From the NCBI GenBank assembly GCA_963662285.2, contig CAXXMV010000001.1:640001-704000 (forward strand): a stretch of DNA of 64,000 nucleotides, given 5' to 3'. A program made the translations under genes and the position numbers. The notes under the pieces are model-generated. The model was not told the DNA's origin. It saw nothing but the letters and a program-made list of their open reading frames with translations, and made no database searches. How positions within the stretch are numbered: position 1 is the first letter of the stretch; the number at the start of each line of letters is the position of its first letter. Source of the stretch: a bacterium. GTDB taxonomy: Bacteria > Hinthialibacterota > Hinthialibacteria > Hinthialibacterales > Hinthialibacteraceae. Shown piece after piece: positions 1 to 9,558 of the stretch.

Positions 1-34
1 CATCTCTTTATCTAGCCTAGCAGCGCTGCAAGCG

Positions 35-2065
35 TTGGGAGCGAATGCATCTGCATCGCAGGTAGCGCGATTGACCGATATTTTTCCTGCAACGCCGCAA
101 TGCAAAAATCTGGTAGTTGCAGATATTAAATCTTCTGATGTTGATGAGCGAATAACTTTCCTGACCCTTCAAGGCCTAATCAATAAAAAACAGCCCCAGG
201 TATACCTGCTCTCCAATGAGCATTGTGAATTCTGGGTGGATTATTACCAGCAGCGTTTTGATATTCAACATACCCGCACCGACTCGGTCTATACATTGCT
301 GGAAATGTTCCGGGATAAGATTAGCGGATACCGTATATATGATCCCGATAACCTGTACACCATCAATCTAGCGTCGGTGATGGCCAGCCTGGATTATGCG
401 TTGCCGATACATCCACAGCATGAAGCAAAAATGAAGCAGGCCGGTTTGCGATGCATTGATGATTTGCAGGGTAAGTTCAAGGATCGTTATGACGCTTACC
501 GATGGAGTATTGACAATCTATATTCGTTGTGCTCACAACGGGTCATCGCCAATTTCTGCATGGATCGTCCTCATTGGCCATCGCACGTCATCACCGCCTT
601 AGATTTCTTTGTAAGCCGGGATGCGTTCCAGGTTGATTTATCCTCATCAAGGGCGCATCCCAAAGACATGAGCCTGCTGGGTGAAATTTACGAACGCATG
701 GAAAAACCGGGCTGCGTGGTTGGCTGGCATTGCGCCCGCGACCTGGAGCATGAAGCCGTCAGCCTGGCCGCTGATCATGGTATATTCGTCATTTGCAACC
801 TCTCTTCGCCAAACTATTCAATCCATCAAAGCGTAAAACCTGCTGAGCCGTCGACATTATCACAGGCATTGCCGCCCGCCAAACAAGCAGCGAGTACTAA
901 AGTTGAATCCAAGGTTTATATCGCTCCACTTATTACCGATGGCGACGCCGCCTGGGCTATGACTAACCGCATGGATGATAAATGGACTAATAGCGAACGC
1001 GGTAAAGCGCCGATGAACTGGGGATTCATGCCTGCGGTTTATCACTTAGGCCCTGGAATGTTACAGTATTATATAGAGACGCGCACCGATAATGATTATC
1101 TAATCGCCGGACCATCCGGCATTGGATATACCTATCCACACTTGCATCCCGATCCGCTGCCATTTCTGCAAATGACCCGTGAATCCATGAAACGCCTTGA
1201 TCTGCGCATAGCCAATATTGTCACCTGGGACCCCCGGCTATCTCACAAGGGCGTGAATCCGACCGGGTTTCATAACCTGATGAGGCGCGAAATTCCCGAA
1301 GCGTTAGGTTTCGTCAGGGGATTGGGCGATTCCCTTTGGGAACCAAGCATCCTGGATGATGGAGCTCCAGTGGTTTACAGCAGCTTAGCTATCCACCGGG
1401 GCGATGATCCCAATGAACGGCTGCAAGATTTGATCAAAGCCTGCCCTAATCGCCCATTGTTCATATTCGCCTACGTCAATCACAGCATTACGTTGGCGCA
1501 ATTGCTCGAAACCGCCAATAAAAACAGTAAAAATGTCGAATTCCTGCGCCTCGATGAGTTTATGATTAAACTGAAAACAGCCATAAAAACGGGACAGGTG
1601 AAAAACGAATTATATCCTGATAAATCCCGATGCGGCGCGTTGTTAATCAAGGAATTCAGGCCGAAATGGCAATCCGCTCTGGATAGCGTTTTGTCTATGG
1701 AACCTCTTACCGCCGCATCGAAGGAGGAATGCCTAACCCATTTCGCCAAACGCATTGGAGGATGCCAGCAAGACGAACTAGCCGCCGCTTTCCAGTTTGA
1801 CCTATGCCAGAATACCGCCAAACTGGTGCAGATCGCTTGTTACAGCCGGGGAGTATATATCGGCGCCCGGCGCCAAGGCGTCAAGCGCTTTCTTGAATTA
1901 TATGCATCACTACCCGATAAGGAGATCTTTCAACAAATCTCAAAATGGTGGCATGAGTGGGATCAAGGCATACAAACAATCCCTCAACTGCAAAAGGCCC
2001 TGAAACGCATTATTCCAGTCGCCCAATGGTTAAAGCAACAGAATCAAGACTGGCGACAAATATAA
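35..2065 (+). CDS. GxGYxYP-domain putative glycoside hydrolase (5' end may lie upstream of the window)
   Basis: 676-aa ORF with GPSGIGYTYP motif, DGD motif and N-terminal TLQGLIN segment typical of the GxGYxYP family. Confidence 0.7.
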   Translation: MGANASASQVARLTDIFPATPQCKNLVVADIKSSDVDERITFLTLQGLINKKQPQVYLLSNEHCEFWVDYYQQRFDIQHTRTDSVYTLLEMFRDKISGYRIYDPDNLYTINLASVMASLDYALPIHPQHEAKMKQAGLRCIDDLQGKFKDRYDAYRWSIDNLYSLCSQRVIANFCMDRPHWPSHVITALDFFVSRDAFQVDLSSSRAHPKDMSLLGEIYERMEKPGCVVGWHCARDLEHEAVSLAADHGIFVICNLSSPNYSIHQSVKPAEPSTLSQALPPAKQAASTKVESKVYIAPLITDGDAAWAMTNRMDDKWTNSERGKAPMNWGFMPAVYHLGPGMLQYYIETRTDNDYLIAGPSGIGYTYPHLHPDPLPFLQMTRESMKRLDLRIANIVTWDPRLSHKGVNPTGFHNLMRREIPEALGFVRGLGDSLWEPSILDDGAPVVYSSLAIHRGDDPNERLQDLIKACPNRPLFIFAYVNHSITLAQLLETANKNSKNVEFLRLDEFMIKLKTAIKTGQVKNELYPDKSRCGALLIKEFRPKWQSALDSVLSMEPLTAASKEECLTHFAKRIGGCQQDELAAAFQFDLCQNTAKLVQIACYSRGVYIGARRQGVKRFLELYASLPDKEIFQQISKWWHEWDQGIQTIPQLQKALKRIIPVAQWLKQQNQDWRQI

Positions 2066-2296
2066 GCCATTAATTATCTATTAGCGTCTAGAAATCCCTG
2101 TTTTGGGGGATTTTTAGACGCATTTGTAAGAACTATATCCATAAAAACCAGACTAATTCCCAAATCCCCTTTCCAAAGAACTTGAATAATCAGGTTTTGA
2201 GATATAATACTTCCTGACTTATAAATGTTTCTTTCTTCTGGATTTATTCTTGCTTTGCGCAAGATTCAGAAGATTCCTCTTTTAGATGAAATTAAC

Positions 2297-2369
2297 GCTG
2301 GCGTAGCTCAGTTGGTAGAGCAGCTGATTTGTAATCAGCCGGTCGGAGGTTCAAGTCCCCTCGCCAGCT
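2297..2369 (+). tRNA. tRNA-Thr (anticodon TGT); CCA not encoded
   Basis: GCTGGCG/CGCCAGC acceptor stem, AGCTCAGTTGGTAGAGC D-arm, GCTGA-TTTGTAA-TCAGC anticodon arm, GGTTCAAGTCC T-arm. Confidence 0.97.
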
Positions 2370-2371
2370 TA
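2325..2371 (+). repeat. Left att core (TGATTTGTAATCAGCC...CGCCAGCTTA)
   Basis: Identical to 43518-43564; similarity continues 18 bp further with 3 mismatches. Confidence 0.95.
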
Positions 2372-2429
2372 TTCATTTCACTTGACTTAGGAATATTCAA
2401 AGCCTTCCCGTTACCTTTCTAAATACGCG

Positions 2430-2451
2430 AATCGTGCAATGATCGTGCAAT
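2430..2451 (+). promoter_or_regulatory. Putative integrase arm-type sites (tandem CGTGCAA)
   Basis: AATCGTGCAATGATCGTGCAAT; near-identical AATCGTGCAACGACCGTGCAAT at 43380-43401 inside the other end. Confidence 0.65.
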
Positions 2452-3654
2452 TTACTGATTAATAACCAAGCGTGGGAATGGTATTATTCCCGAATCCGCT
2501 GGAGCATTCCACTTAGCAACTGCATCATCAATATATGAAACCACTTTTTCACGAAACAATGGAAGCAACCTTTTTCCTTTATCTCCGTGGTAATGGCGCT
2601 CTCCAATCGATGTTGGTGCATGCCCAACGTAACGCTGCATGTAATACCCATACCATCCGCCATCAATAGATGCCGTTTGGATAGTGTTGCGCAAATCTTT
2701 TGGTTTAATATTGACAGATGAGTTCCATCTTAGTATTTCCCGGCGAACCGCGTGTGAGTAATTATCGAATGCAGCGTAACCGGGAATTACTGGTCCTTGG
2801 GGATCAACCAAAGGTCGCACTCTACGTAACAACCGTGCAACAACCATTGATACAGGAATTTTTCTAATGCGATAATGATTCTTAACGACCCCATCAATCG
2901 TGATAGTTTCGTCTTTTAGATCGACTTTTTCCCATGTGAGACGAAGGGCTTCTTGTAACTGAAGCCCAGCCAATCCTTGGAGGGCGATGCCCACAATGAG
3001 GCCGTCTAGACCTTCTTTCCGCGCCAACCAATCCAAAAAATTTAATACCTGATGAATAGATAGGTAGGGATTTCCTTCATCTTCGTTATAAGTCGAAGGA
3101 TGAGATTCTTTCCTAGACAACCTAATACCTTGGCAGAAATTTGTATAATGCTTTGGCCAATTTGATGCTACCCATGCGGCTGAACGGCGTATTGGTAGCA
3201 GATAAAGTCGGATTGAATCAAAGGCAAAACCATGATCTACGAGATATTTTTGGTAATTCAATACATGCTCGTATCGAAGTTCATGCCAATATGTTAGTCC
3301 TAGTTTATCTACCCACTCCAAAAAATATTCGCAGAATTTTTCATCTTTCCGTCGTGTATATTCTGCCCAGTTGCGCGTCTTCGCAGCCCGTAAGAGCGCA
3401 TCGCTGATCTGAAGAGGTTCGAAAGCGTTGGATTGTTGGACTCCAGTAGCCTGTGTGGCTTGTTCCTCCAAGACATCATTCGCCAGGGTCATGGCCTCAT
3501 TCAAGTCTTTGGCATCAAACCGTATCCGGCGATACTTGCCGCTGGAATCTCTGCCGCTGACTTTCCACCGCCCCGGCTTTTCCTGATGGAGTGTGAACCT
3601 GTCTGTTTTGTATTTGTTTGCTTCGTTTTTCAAAGAACTCGGGTTTTTTATCAA
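2452..3654 (-). CDS. int: Tyrosine recombinase / integrase (likely TTG start at 3654; ORF track starts at 3702)
   Basis: GLQLQEALRLTWEKVDL, KDLRNT, VGH...HY motifs (degenerate R-K-H-R-H-Y set); adjacent to att; AGAAAGGA RBS before TTG 3654. Confidence 0.85.
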   Translation of the reverse strand: MIKNPSSLKNEANKYKTDRFTLHQEKPGRWKVSGRDSSGKYRRIRFDAKDLNEAMTLANDVLEEQATQATGVQQSNAFEPLQISDALLRAAKTRNWAEYTRRKDEKFCEYFLEWVDKLGLTYWHELRYEHVLNYQKYLVDHGFAFDSIRLYLLPIRRSAAWVASNWPKHYTNFCQGIRLSRKESHPSTYNEDEGNPYLSIHQVLNFLDWLARKEGLDGLIVGIALQGLAGLQLQEALRLTWEKVDLKDETITIDGVVKNHYRIRKIPVSMVVARLLRRVRPLVDPQGPVIPGYAAFDNYSHAVRREILRWNSSVNIKPKDLRNTIQTASIDGGWYGYYMQRYVGHAPTSIGERHYHGDKGKRLLPLFREKVVSYIDDAVAKWNAPADSGIIPFPRLVINQ

Positions 3655-3871
3655 GATGATTATCCTTTCTGACCACCTTGCCCGTTCCACGTTGACGAGC
3701 AAGATGTTGACATAATATGGTTAAAGAGTCAATAACGTTCTGTCCCCAATACCCTTTTCCAGGCAGTCCAACCAATCCAAATTCCCGCAACGACTCCAAC
3801 TTAACGAAACCGCGCAGGATTTCATTAAGTTCTTTGGAGTCGTATAGCGTATGAGGATCGATCTTTATCAT
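3515..3871 (-). CDS. Small protein, possible excisionase/DNA-binding protein, overlapping the integrase 5' end
   Basis: 118-aa ORF between polA and int; LYDSKELNEIL resembles the start of a winged HTH; position typical of xis. Confidence 0.45.
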   Translation of the reverse strand: MIKIDPHTLYDSKELNEILRGFVKLESLREFGLVGLPGKGYWGQNVIDSLTILCQHLARQRGTGKVVRKDNHLDKKPEFFEKRSKQIQNRQVHTPSGKAGAVESQRQRFQRQVSPDTV

Positions 3872-3892
3872 TATTGATTTCTTAAACCGTTG

Positions 3893-5947
3893 TTATTTCG
3901 CTTCAGCCCAGTTAGCACCAACATTTGCTTCTACTAATCCGTTGGTTGCTGCATCCGGGAATATCTTTAACATGCCGTCAATCATGGCTTGTTGGAGAAT
4001 TTCTTTTGCTTGCTCTGAAACCTCTTTAGCAGCCTCTAATACTATTTCATCATGTATTACGTTGACCAATTTGGCATCAATACCAGATTCATTTATTGAA
4101 TGCTCTAATGCTGCCAGCGCGGCCAACATTATTTCAGCAGCGCCGCCTTGAATAGGAGTGTTTAAGGCTTCTGTATACCTGTAACCCTTTATTTCCTTAC
4201 GAAAATCTCTCACTCTCCCGCCTGGCGTCATTACCTTCATGTCTAATTCGGCTCTCTTGGCTGTCTTCTGCTGCCAATTTCGTAGATCGGGATATGCGGA
4301 GAAAAAGGCGTTTCGTGCTGTCTCCGCCTCGCTTTCAGACATTTCAACACCGTAGTTAGCCCTTGCGTATGCTGCCAATCCTTTGGCTCCCTGACCATAT
4401 AACAACCCAAAGTTTACGGCTTTTGCTAACCGACGCTGTTCGTCAGAAACTTGTTCTATCGATAGTCCTGCGATGGCAGCCGCCGTTTTTCGATGCAAAT
4501 CGATCTTCTGTGTATACGCCGCCAACATGTTTTGATCGTTAGAGACCAGAGCAGCGACGCGAAGTTCAATCTGGCTGTAATCTGCAACGACTAACACATG
4601 GTTCTGTGATGCACAAAACAGTGACCGGAATTCTTTGCCTCGTAAGGGGTTTTGAATATTTGGTTTTGAGCAGGACAAGCGTCCACTAACAGTCCCCCCT
4701 AATTTAAAATTAGCGTGAATTAAATTTGTTACTGGATTAATATATGTGGAGTATTTCTCTCCGTATGTTGAGATTTTTTTTGAGTATTCCTTATAGTTAC
4801 GGAGAGGTTGAACTAAAGGTTGATTAGAAAATTGTGCTAAGGTCGCTGCATCGGTTTTTAATTGTCCAGAGTTAGTTTTGGGCCATTTCGCTGATGTCTC
4901 AACACCCAAATTTTTCAATAACCATTCAGAAACTTGTTTGGGACTTGCTAAATTAATTTCAGCGCCGACGATCATGCGTAAATCTGTTTCGGCGGTTTTT
5001 TGTTCGGTTTCCCATCGATTAAGAAGAAGGTTATGCGCCGCACTGTCGAATCCAATGCCATTGAGTTCCATTTTGGCGATGGAAGGCAATGCGTTCAGCA
5101 TAAGCCGGTATACTTGATCCTTATTCTCATGCTTCAGTTTTGGGTTTTGTATGTGGTAGACTTTAAGCGCTACCACAGCATCCAACGCTGCATAAGAAAT
5201 TTGTTCTGGCGTGAGTACTGCGGCTCCCCAGCCGGACGTTTGAAGGGTTTTATTTAAATCCCAATTCAGAAGTGATTCGGCTAATACAGTTAATTTGGGC
5301 AACGAGCCATCCAGAGCGTTGGTTTGAAGCATCGTGCAGTCGATGTTTTGAATATTGATCCCAGCGTGGATCAGATGTTTGATTTCAAATTTGGCATTAT
5401 GGGCAACCAGATTCAAATCCCATATTGGAGATAAAATGCTTATACCGCCTAACGCTTTCACATCGAAAACATATACCTCCTTGCCTCCTGTATACAATTG
5501 AATCAACCGTATCCGAGATAAAGGCGGCGCCAGCCCTGCCTGCTTATGATCCTCATAACCATCAAGTTTTACTGTTTCTATGTCGAGACCAATAGGATTC
5601 GCGATTTTCACCAATGCGGATATCACTTGCTCCGCTGAATGTTTGTCCGTTATATATTGAGTGGTGATACCCGCCTGCTTTAATATTTCTGAAGCACTCA
5701 ATGGTTCGGCAGAGGAGGAAGAGGGATTAGGTTTAGAATCCCCTTCCCATACATCATTCGTGATTGCCGCTGCGCTCAGGAGACCTAATTCGATTGTCTG
5801 TAGTATTTCAGATTTATACTGACGAAGCGCCGTTTCAAATTCAGGGGTTAAAATGCTATCCGAAGCATCAACGATCAGTCGACCATCGTCAATTCCGAAT
5901 TTTACTGATGAGGATTTTAATATAGTCATTGTTTCAATCAGATTCAT
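3893..5947 (-). CDS. polA: Family A DNA polymerase (3'-5' exonuclease + polymerase; no 5'-3' exonuclease domain)
   Basis: Exo motifs DIET, HNAKFE, YAALDA; motif A DYSQIELR, motif B RRLAKAVNFGLLYG, motif C HDE. Confidence 0.95.
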   Translation of the reverse strand: MNLIETMTILKSSSVKFGIDDGRLIVDASDSILTPEFETALRQYKSEILQTIELGLLSAAAITNDVWEGDSKPNPSSSSAEPLSASEILKQAGITTQYITDKHSAEQVISALVKIANPIGLDIETVKLDGYEDHKQAGLAPPLSRIRLIQLYTGGKEVYVFDVKALGGISILSPIWDLNLVAHNAKFEIKHLIHAGINIQNIDCTMLQTNALDGSLPKLTVLAESLLNWDLNKTLQTSGWGAAVLTPEQISYAALDAVVALKVYHIQNPKLKHENKDQVYRLMLNALPSIAKMELNGIGFDSAAHNLLLNRWETEQKTAETDLRMIVGAEINLASPKQVSEWLLKNLGVETSAKWPKTNSGQLKTDAATLAQFSNQPLVQPLRNYKEYSKKISTYGEKYSTYINPVTNLIHANFKLGGTVSGRLSCSKPNIQNPLRGKEFRSLFCASQNHVLVVADYSQIELRVAALVSNDQNMLAAYTQKIDLHRKTAAAIAGLSIEQVSDEQRRLAKAVNFGLLYGQGAKGLAAYARANYGVEMSESEAETARNAFFSAYPDLRNWQQKTAKRAELDMKVMTPGGRVRDFRKEIKGYRYTEALNTPIQGGAAEIMLAALAALEHSINESGIDAKLVNVIHDEIVLEAAKEVSEQAKEILQQAMIDGMLKIFPDAATNGLVEANVGANWAEAK

Positions 5948-8604
5948 ATTACTATCCTCCTTCGCGGTTCATTTATTACATCTTTAGGAGGATCAGGAGG
6001 GGGATCTGTCTCTTCAAGCATAGAAAAGAGAGAAAGTTGTATAGGAGTTTTGTTTAAGGATCCGTGATTTGCGTCATGAGCGTCAGTTGTCTCCGGATCC
6101 ATCACGCTACACACGGTACTTACGGTGTTTTGAGTGTTTTTAGTTATCTCAAAGAGGCGCTGTGATTTTTTAGTGGTAGCATTCCATTCCGTATCATTAG
6201 GTGGGGTAACATCAATGCCAATTTTCCGTAAGGAGGGAATTAATCTACGAATTCGATTTGATAAGGTCCTTGGATAATCAGGCCAAGATTTAGTTCGCTG
6301 AATTCGTTCGGGAACATATCCGCCAAGTTCTATTAGCAGATCTTGAGCAATACCTTCCCACGTCAGTCTCGTTTCCATTAACTTTACTATGGCCGATGCG
6401 ATGGGATCTTCTTCCAATACTTTCTCAATAGCATTCGCTTGGTTTCTTTCATAAATTTCTAAAAACCTCCCAGGTGCGCACTCAAGAGCGGGTTCAGCAG
6501 CTGTAGCTAAACAGGCGAAATCAACCATTCGAGGTTTTCGCGGCAGTTGGACTTTGTTAATGTTCTTCAAAGCCACACTGAGTGCATCAAAAATTGCCCC
6601 AAGGATTAAAGGGCTTTCTCGATTAAATTTTTCCCAGAACACTGTTTCTTCAATTCGCTGTGTATCGTTAATTGGAGGAAGATGTATATTTAACATACGG
6701 TCGATCAAGTCCGGTTGGTGGGCAAAATCGACTATTCCATTTAGTATGACTGGACACAACACGTTAAATTGAATCTCTTCATCATCTGTGTACAGTTTTC
6801 GTGTGGAAAAACCGCCGCCAGTAGAAAGCCTGCAAAGAGAATCAGAATTCTCTAGAGAAAGATTTGACAGATTGTCAAACGCGAGAATTCCTTGATGTTG
6901 GACTGAAATAATCAAGTCTCTTTCATTTTTTGGAAAGGCTCTTAGGGGATTGTTAACCGGATCTATCAAAGAACGAACCACTCTTGTTGCCGTGCTCTTT
7001 GCGCTACCGTGTTCACCTTGCAAATTCAAGATTGGTTTTGGCGTATTAAGCCGGAACGCTTCTAGTATCCAACTGACCAGGAGCACCAAATCATCATCCT
7101 TTTCTAAATTAATAAACTTTTTCAGAGACTTAACCGACCCGCCGCGCCGAGGGGTGGGGAGGGGGAGCATTCCGCTCGGCTGGAGAAATCGGATTATTTC
7201 ATTTTTAGTTATATCCCAACCAGAAGATGTTATGCTTACTACTTCTCCGCATGCATTCGCCAGATCTACATAGATGGTACCGTGATTCTCCGCAATGCGC
7301 GTGTATACCTCGGATTGAGTTCCTTCGTATAATCCCTTTGCTTCTAATAGATCTATAGCATCTTGTAATGGTTGTTTGCTGAGAGATTTTTTGTATTTAT
7401 TAAAATACCTGTAATGTAGAATGCTTGATATTTTTTTGCTACGGACAGGGTATGTTTTATTACATGTCTTCTCAGATATAGTAGCATATGCTTTCTCATC
7501 TTTTGTATGGAAAAGTTCAAAGTCCGTGATAAGCGGACCGATTCCCGATGGTAAAGATTCGTCGCTTTCTGTGTTGGGAGTATTCTTCTCTTGTGAATCG
7601 TTATAATGAGCGTTCGTATGAGCAAGAGCATTTTGGATGGTTTGGCGCCGGTAATCTTCACGTTCCCATTTTTCACGATACAACTTGGATTGACGAAAAA
7701 TACGATCAATTTGGTTCAGCGACTGCGTCCAGAATGCAAGAATACAGCATAAGGCTGAATCCGCTTCAGACGCCGACCCGTATCCGGTGATATCTCCAGC
7801 GTATAACCTCTGAAACAGTGAACCATTCTTCGCTGATTTAGCACGGGCTATAAGGTCTTCATCACTCATCTTCTCGGCACAGATAGTGGCTGGAAGTGAT
7901 GCAGAATCGTCATCAAACAACTGCTGGAATAGACCGTTTAATTCAGTCGTTCGCTCTTGGATGGATAAGGATTGTCCCTTAAGACGATTCCCTGTAACAG
8001 TGAAATAGCGGCCTTGGTCATACAGTTCAATACCACCTTTGCGGTTGTGTCCAGACGGTAGGCTGCCTTTAATGATTACATGCAAGCCCTGTCCACTGGG
8101 GGTTATTTCCGTGTACGAATCCATTTTGTCGACTATTTCTTGCGCCCAATCCTCCAATCGTTCGGTGCCTGGATCGTAGCAATGGTCCAGATCAATCCCA
8201 ACATAAGGATCATCGCCAGTGAATACAAAGCCAATCCCATCAAATCCGCCGTTATTAAAACTTTGCAATGCATCATCATGAGTCGCCCAAGTAGAAAGAT
8301 CATTTATACGTGCCGGGCTACCATTGGCCTGATATGGTACTTTCGTTATCTTGCCGTTGCGCTCTTGTTTTCTCCAAAGTACCCATTGAGGTTGTTGCTT
8401 AATCTCAACAGGAATGTTTTCCTGTTTGACTTGGGGTGACTGGTTATCCATACATACTGTTGTGTTGCCCTTTGTCTTTGCGTCATTTGAAGAATCGTTG
8501 GATACCTCTACTTCCTGGGATTGCCCCATGAAATCTAAAACATCTTGACTTATACTACTCATAACAGAACTCCTTATAGTTTTGTCAGGGAGGGGCTTCC
8601 GCAT
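5944..8604 (-). CDS. Primase-polymerase (NrS-1-like) fused to a P-loop ATPase/helicase domain
   Basis: KVPY, GIGFVF, GIDLDHC, TEITPSGQGLH, ELYDQGRYFTVTG, SEADSALC motifs; Walker A-like GEHGSAKST; 4-bp overlap with polA; start uncertain. Confidence 0.85.
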   Translation of the reverse strand: MRKPLPDKTIRSSVMSSISQDVLDFMGQSQEVEVSNDSSNDAKTKGNTTVCMDNQSPQVKQENIPVEIKQQPQWVLWRKQERNGKITKVPYQANGSPARINDLSTWATHDDALQSFNNGGFDGIGFVFTGDDPYVGIDLDHCYDPGTERLEDWAQEIVDKMDSYTEITPSGQGLHVIIKGSLPSGHNRKGGIELYDQGRYFTVTGNRLKGQSLSIQERTTELNGLFQQLFDDDSASLPATICAEKMSDEDLIARAKSAKNGSLFQRLYAGDITGYGSASEADSALCCILAFWTQSLNQIDRIFRQSKLYREKWEREDYRRQTIQNALAHTNAHYNDSQEKNTPNTESDESLPSGIGPLITDFELFHTKDEKAYATISEKTCNKTYPVRSKKISSILHYRYFNKYKKSLSKQPLQDAIDLLEAKGLYEGTQSEVYTRIAENHGTIYVDLANACGEVVSITSSGWDITKNEIIRFLQPSGMLPLPTPRRGGSVKSLKKFINLEKDDDLVLLVSWILEAFRLNTPKPILNLQGEHGSAKSTATRVVRSLIDPVNNPLRAFPKNERDLIISVQHQGILAFDNLSNLSLENSDSLCRLSTGGGFSTRKLYTDDEEIQFNVLCPVILNGIVDFAHQPDLIDRMLNIHLPPINDTQRIEETVFWEKFNRESPLILGAIFDALSVALKNINKVQLPRKPRMVDFACLATAAEPALECAPGRFLEIYERNQANAIEKVLEEDPIASAIVKLMETRLTWEGIAQDLLIELGGYVPERIQRTKSWPDYPRTLSNRIRRLIPSLRKIGIDVTPPNDTEWNATTKKSQRLFEITKNTQNTVSTVCSVMDPETTDAHDANHGSLNKTPIQLSLFSMLEETDPPPDPPKDVINEPRRRIVI

Positions 8605-8700
8605 TAACTGGCCAGTTTTGTTTGGAGCCTCTCCCGCTTAAAAATCTGTGTAACCGTTAATAGCCGTTACCGCTAAAATTATAATCACTATACTTTTACA

Positions 8701-8715
8701 GCAAGTAACGTTCCA
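8701..8715 (-). promoter_or_regulatory. Putative sigma54 (-24/-12) promoter for the primase-polA-xis-int operon
   Basis: Minus strand TGGAACGTTACTTGC (GG-N10-GC), ~100 bp upstream of the primase ORF. Confidence 0.55.
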
Positions 8716-9558
8716 TTGTTAATAATAAAAAAAATTAACCTTTCATAAATACTTGAAATCACATTGTTTACATGTCTATGATAATTGACCACAAAACATG
8801 TCAGGAATCATGAAAACAGTTTCGGGAATGTTCGGATTGATTATTAATTGAATCAGGAATCGATGTATGCATTTTGGGAATTCTTATTGGTGGGTTACCC
8901 AGTAGGTGGCCTGCTAAGACTGGAGTTTATTCACACGAACAATTGAAAAGGCTTGGTGTAGGGTCACATTAAATACTCTGCATTCGCTCACTGTGCTACG
9001 GTGAACCATCGAGTGTTGGTTAGTGTGATATACCAATGATCAGTGGGTTTAACTAACCCCATAGTCGCCCGGTGTGATCCGACTTGCGCTAGGGCCATAT
9101 TGTTCAAAGGGTTCTTATTCAACTCGAACAGGGAAGACTGAATAAAGAGGCTTACACGGGCTAAAAGATAGATTTCGAAAGGGTGAAGGTAACCGTTCTA
9201 GCGCCATCGCCATGAATCTGTCGAAAAACACCATAAAGAAACACAACCGCATGGCGGAGCAACATGTATTTCTCGGTACCTTCAAACCGCTGCCATCCAT
9301 CGAAGAACTAGGCGGCGCCCCTATCATCACCCCAACTCATGCACAGTAAGGTAGAACCGTATGAAGAACAAACCTGTCTTTTGTTGGACGCCGAAACTGG
9401 GTAGCAAACTATCAGGCTGCGCTTGCATAACGACTACGGGTATAGCGGGAGTTATTCGTCCTGGCGGCTGGAAGAACCTGTACCTGAAAGAACCAGAGGT
9501 GTTCTGCTGATCAATTTCAAATACTATTCGCAGCGATTCTTTTATTTGCTTGATACAA

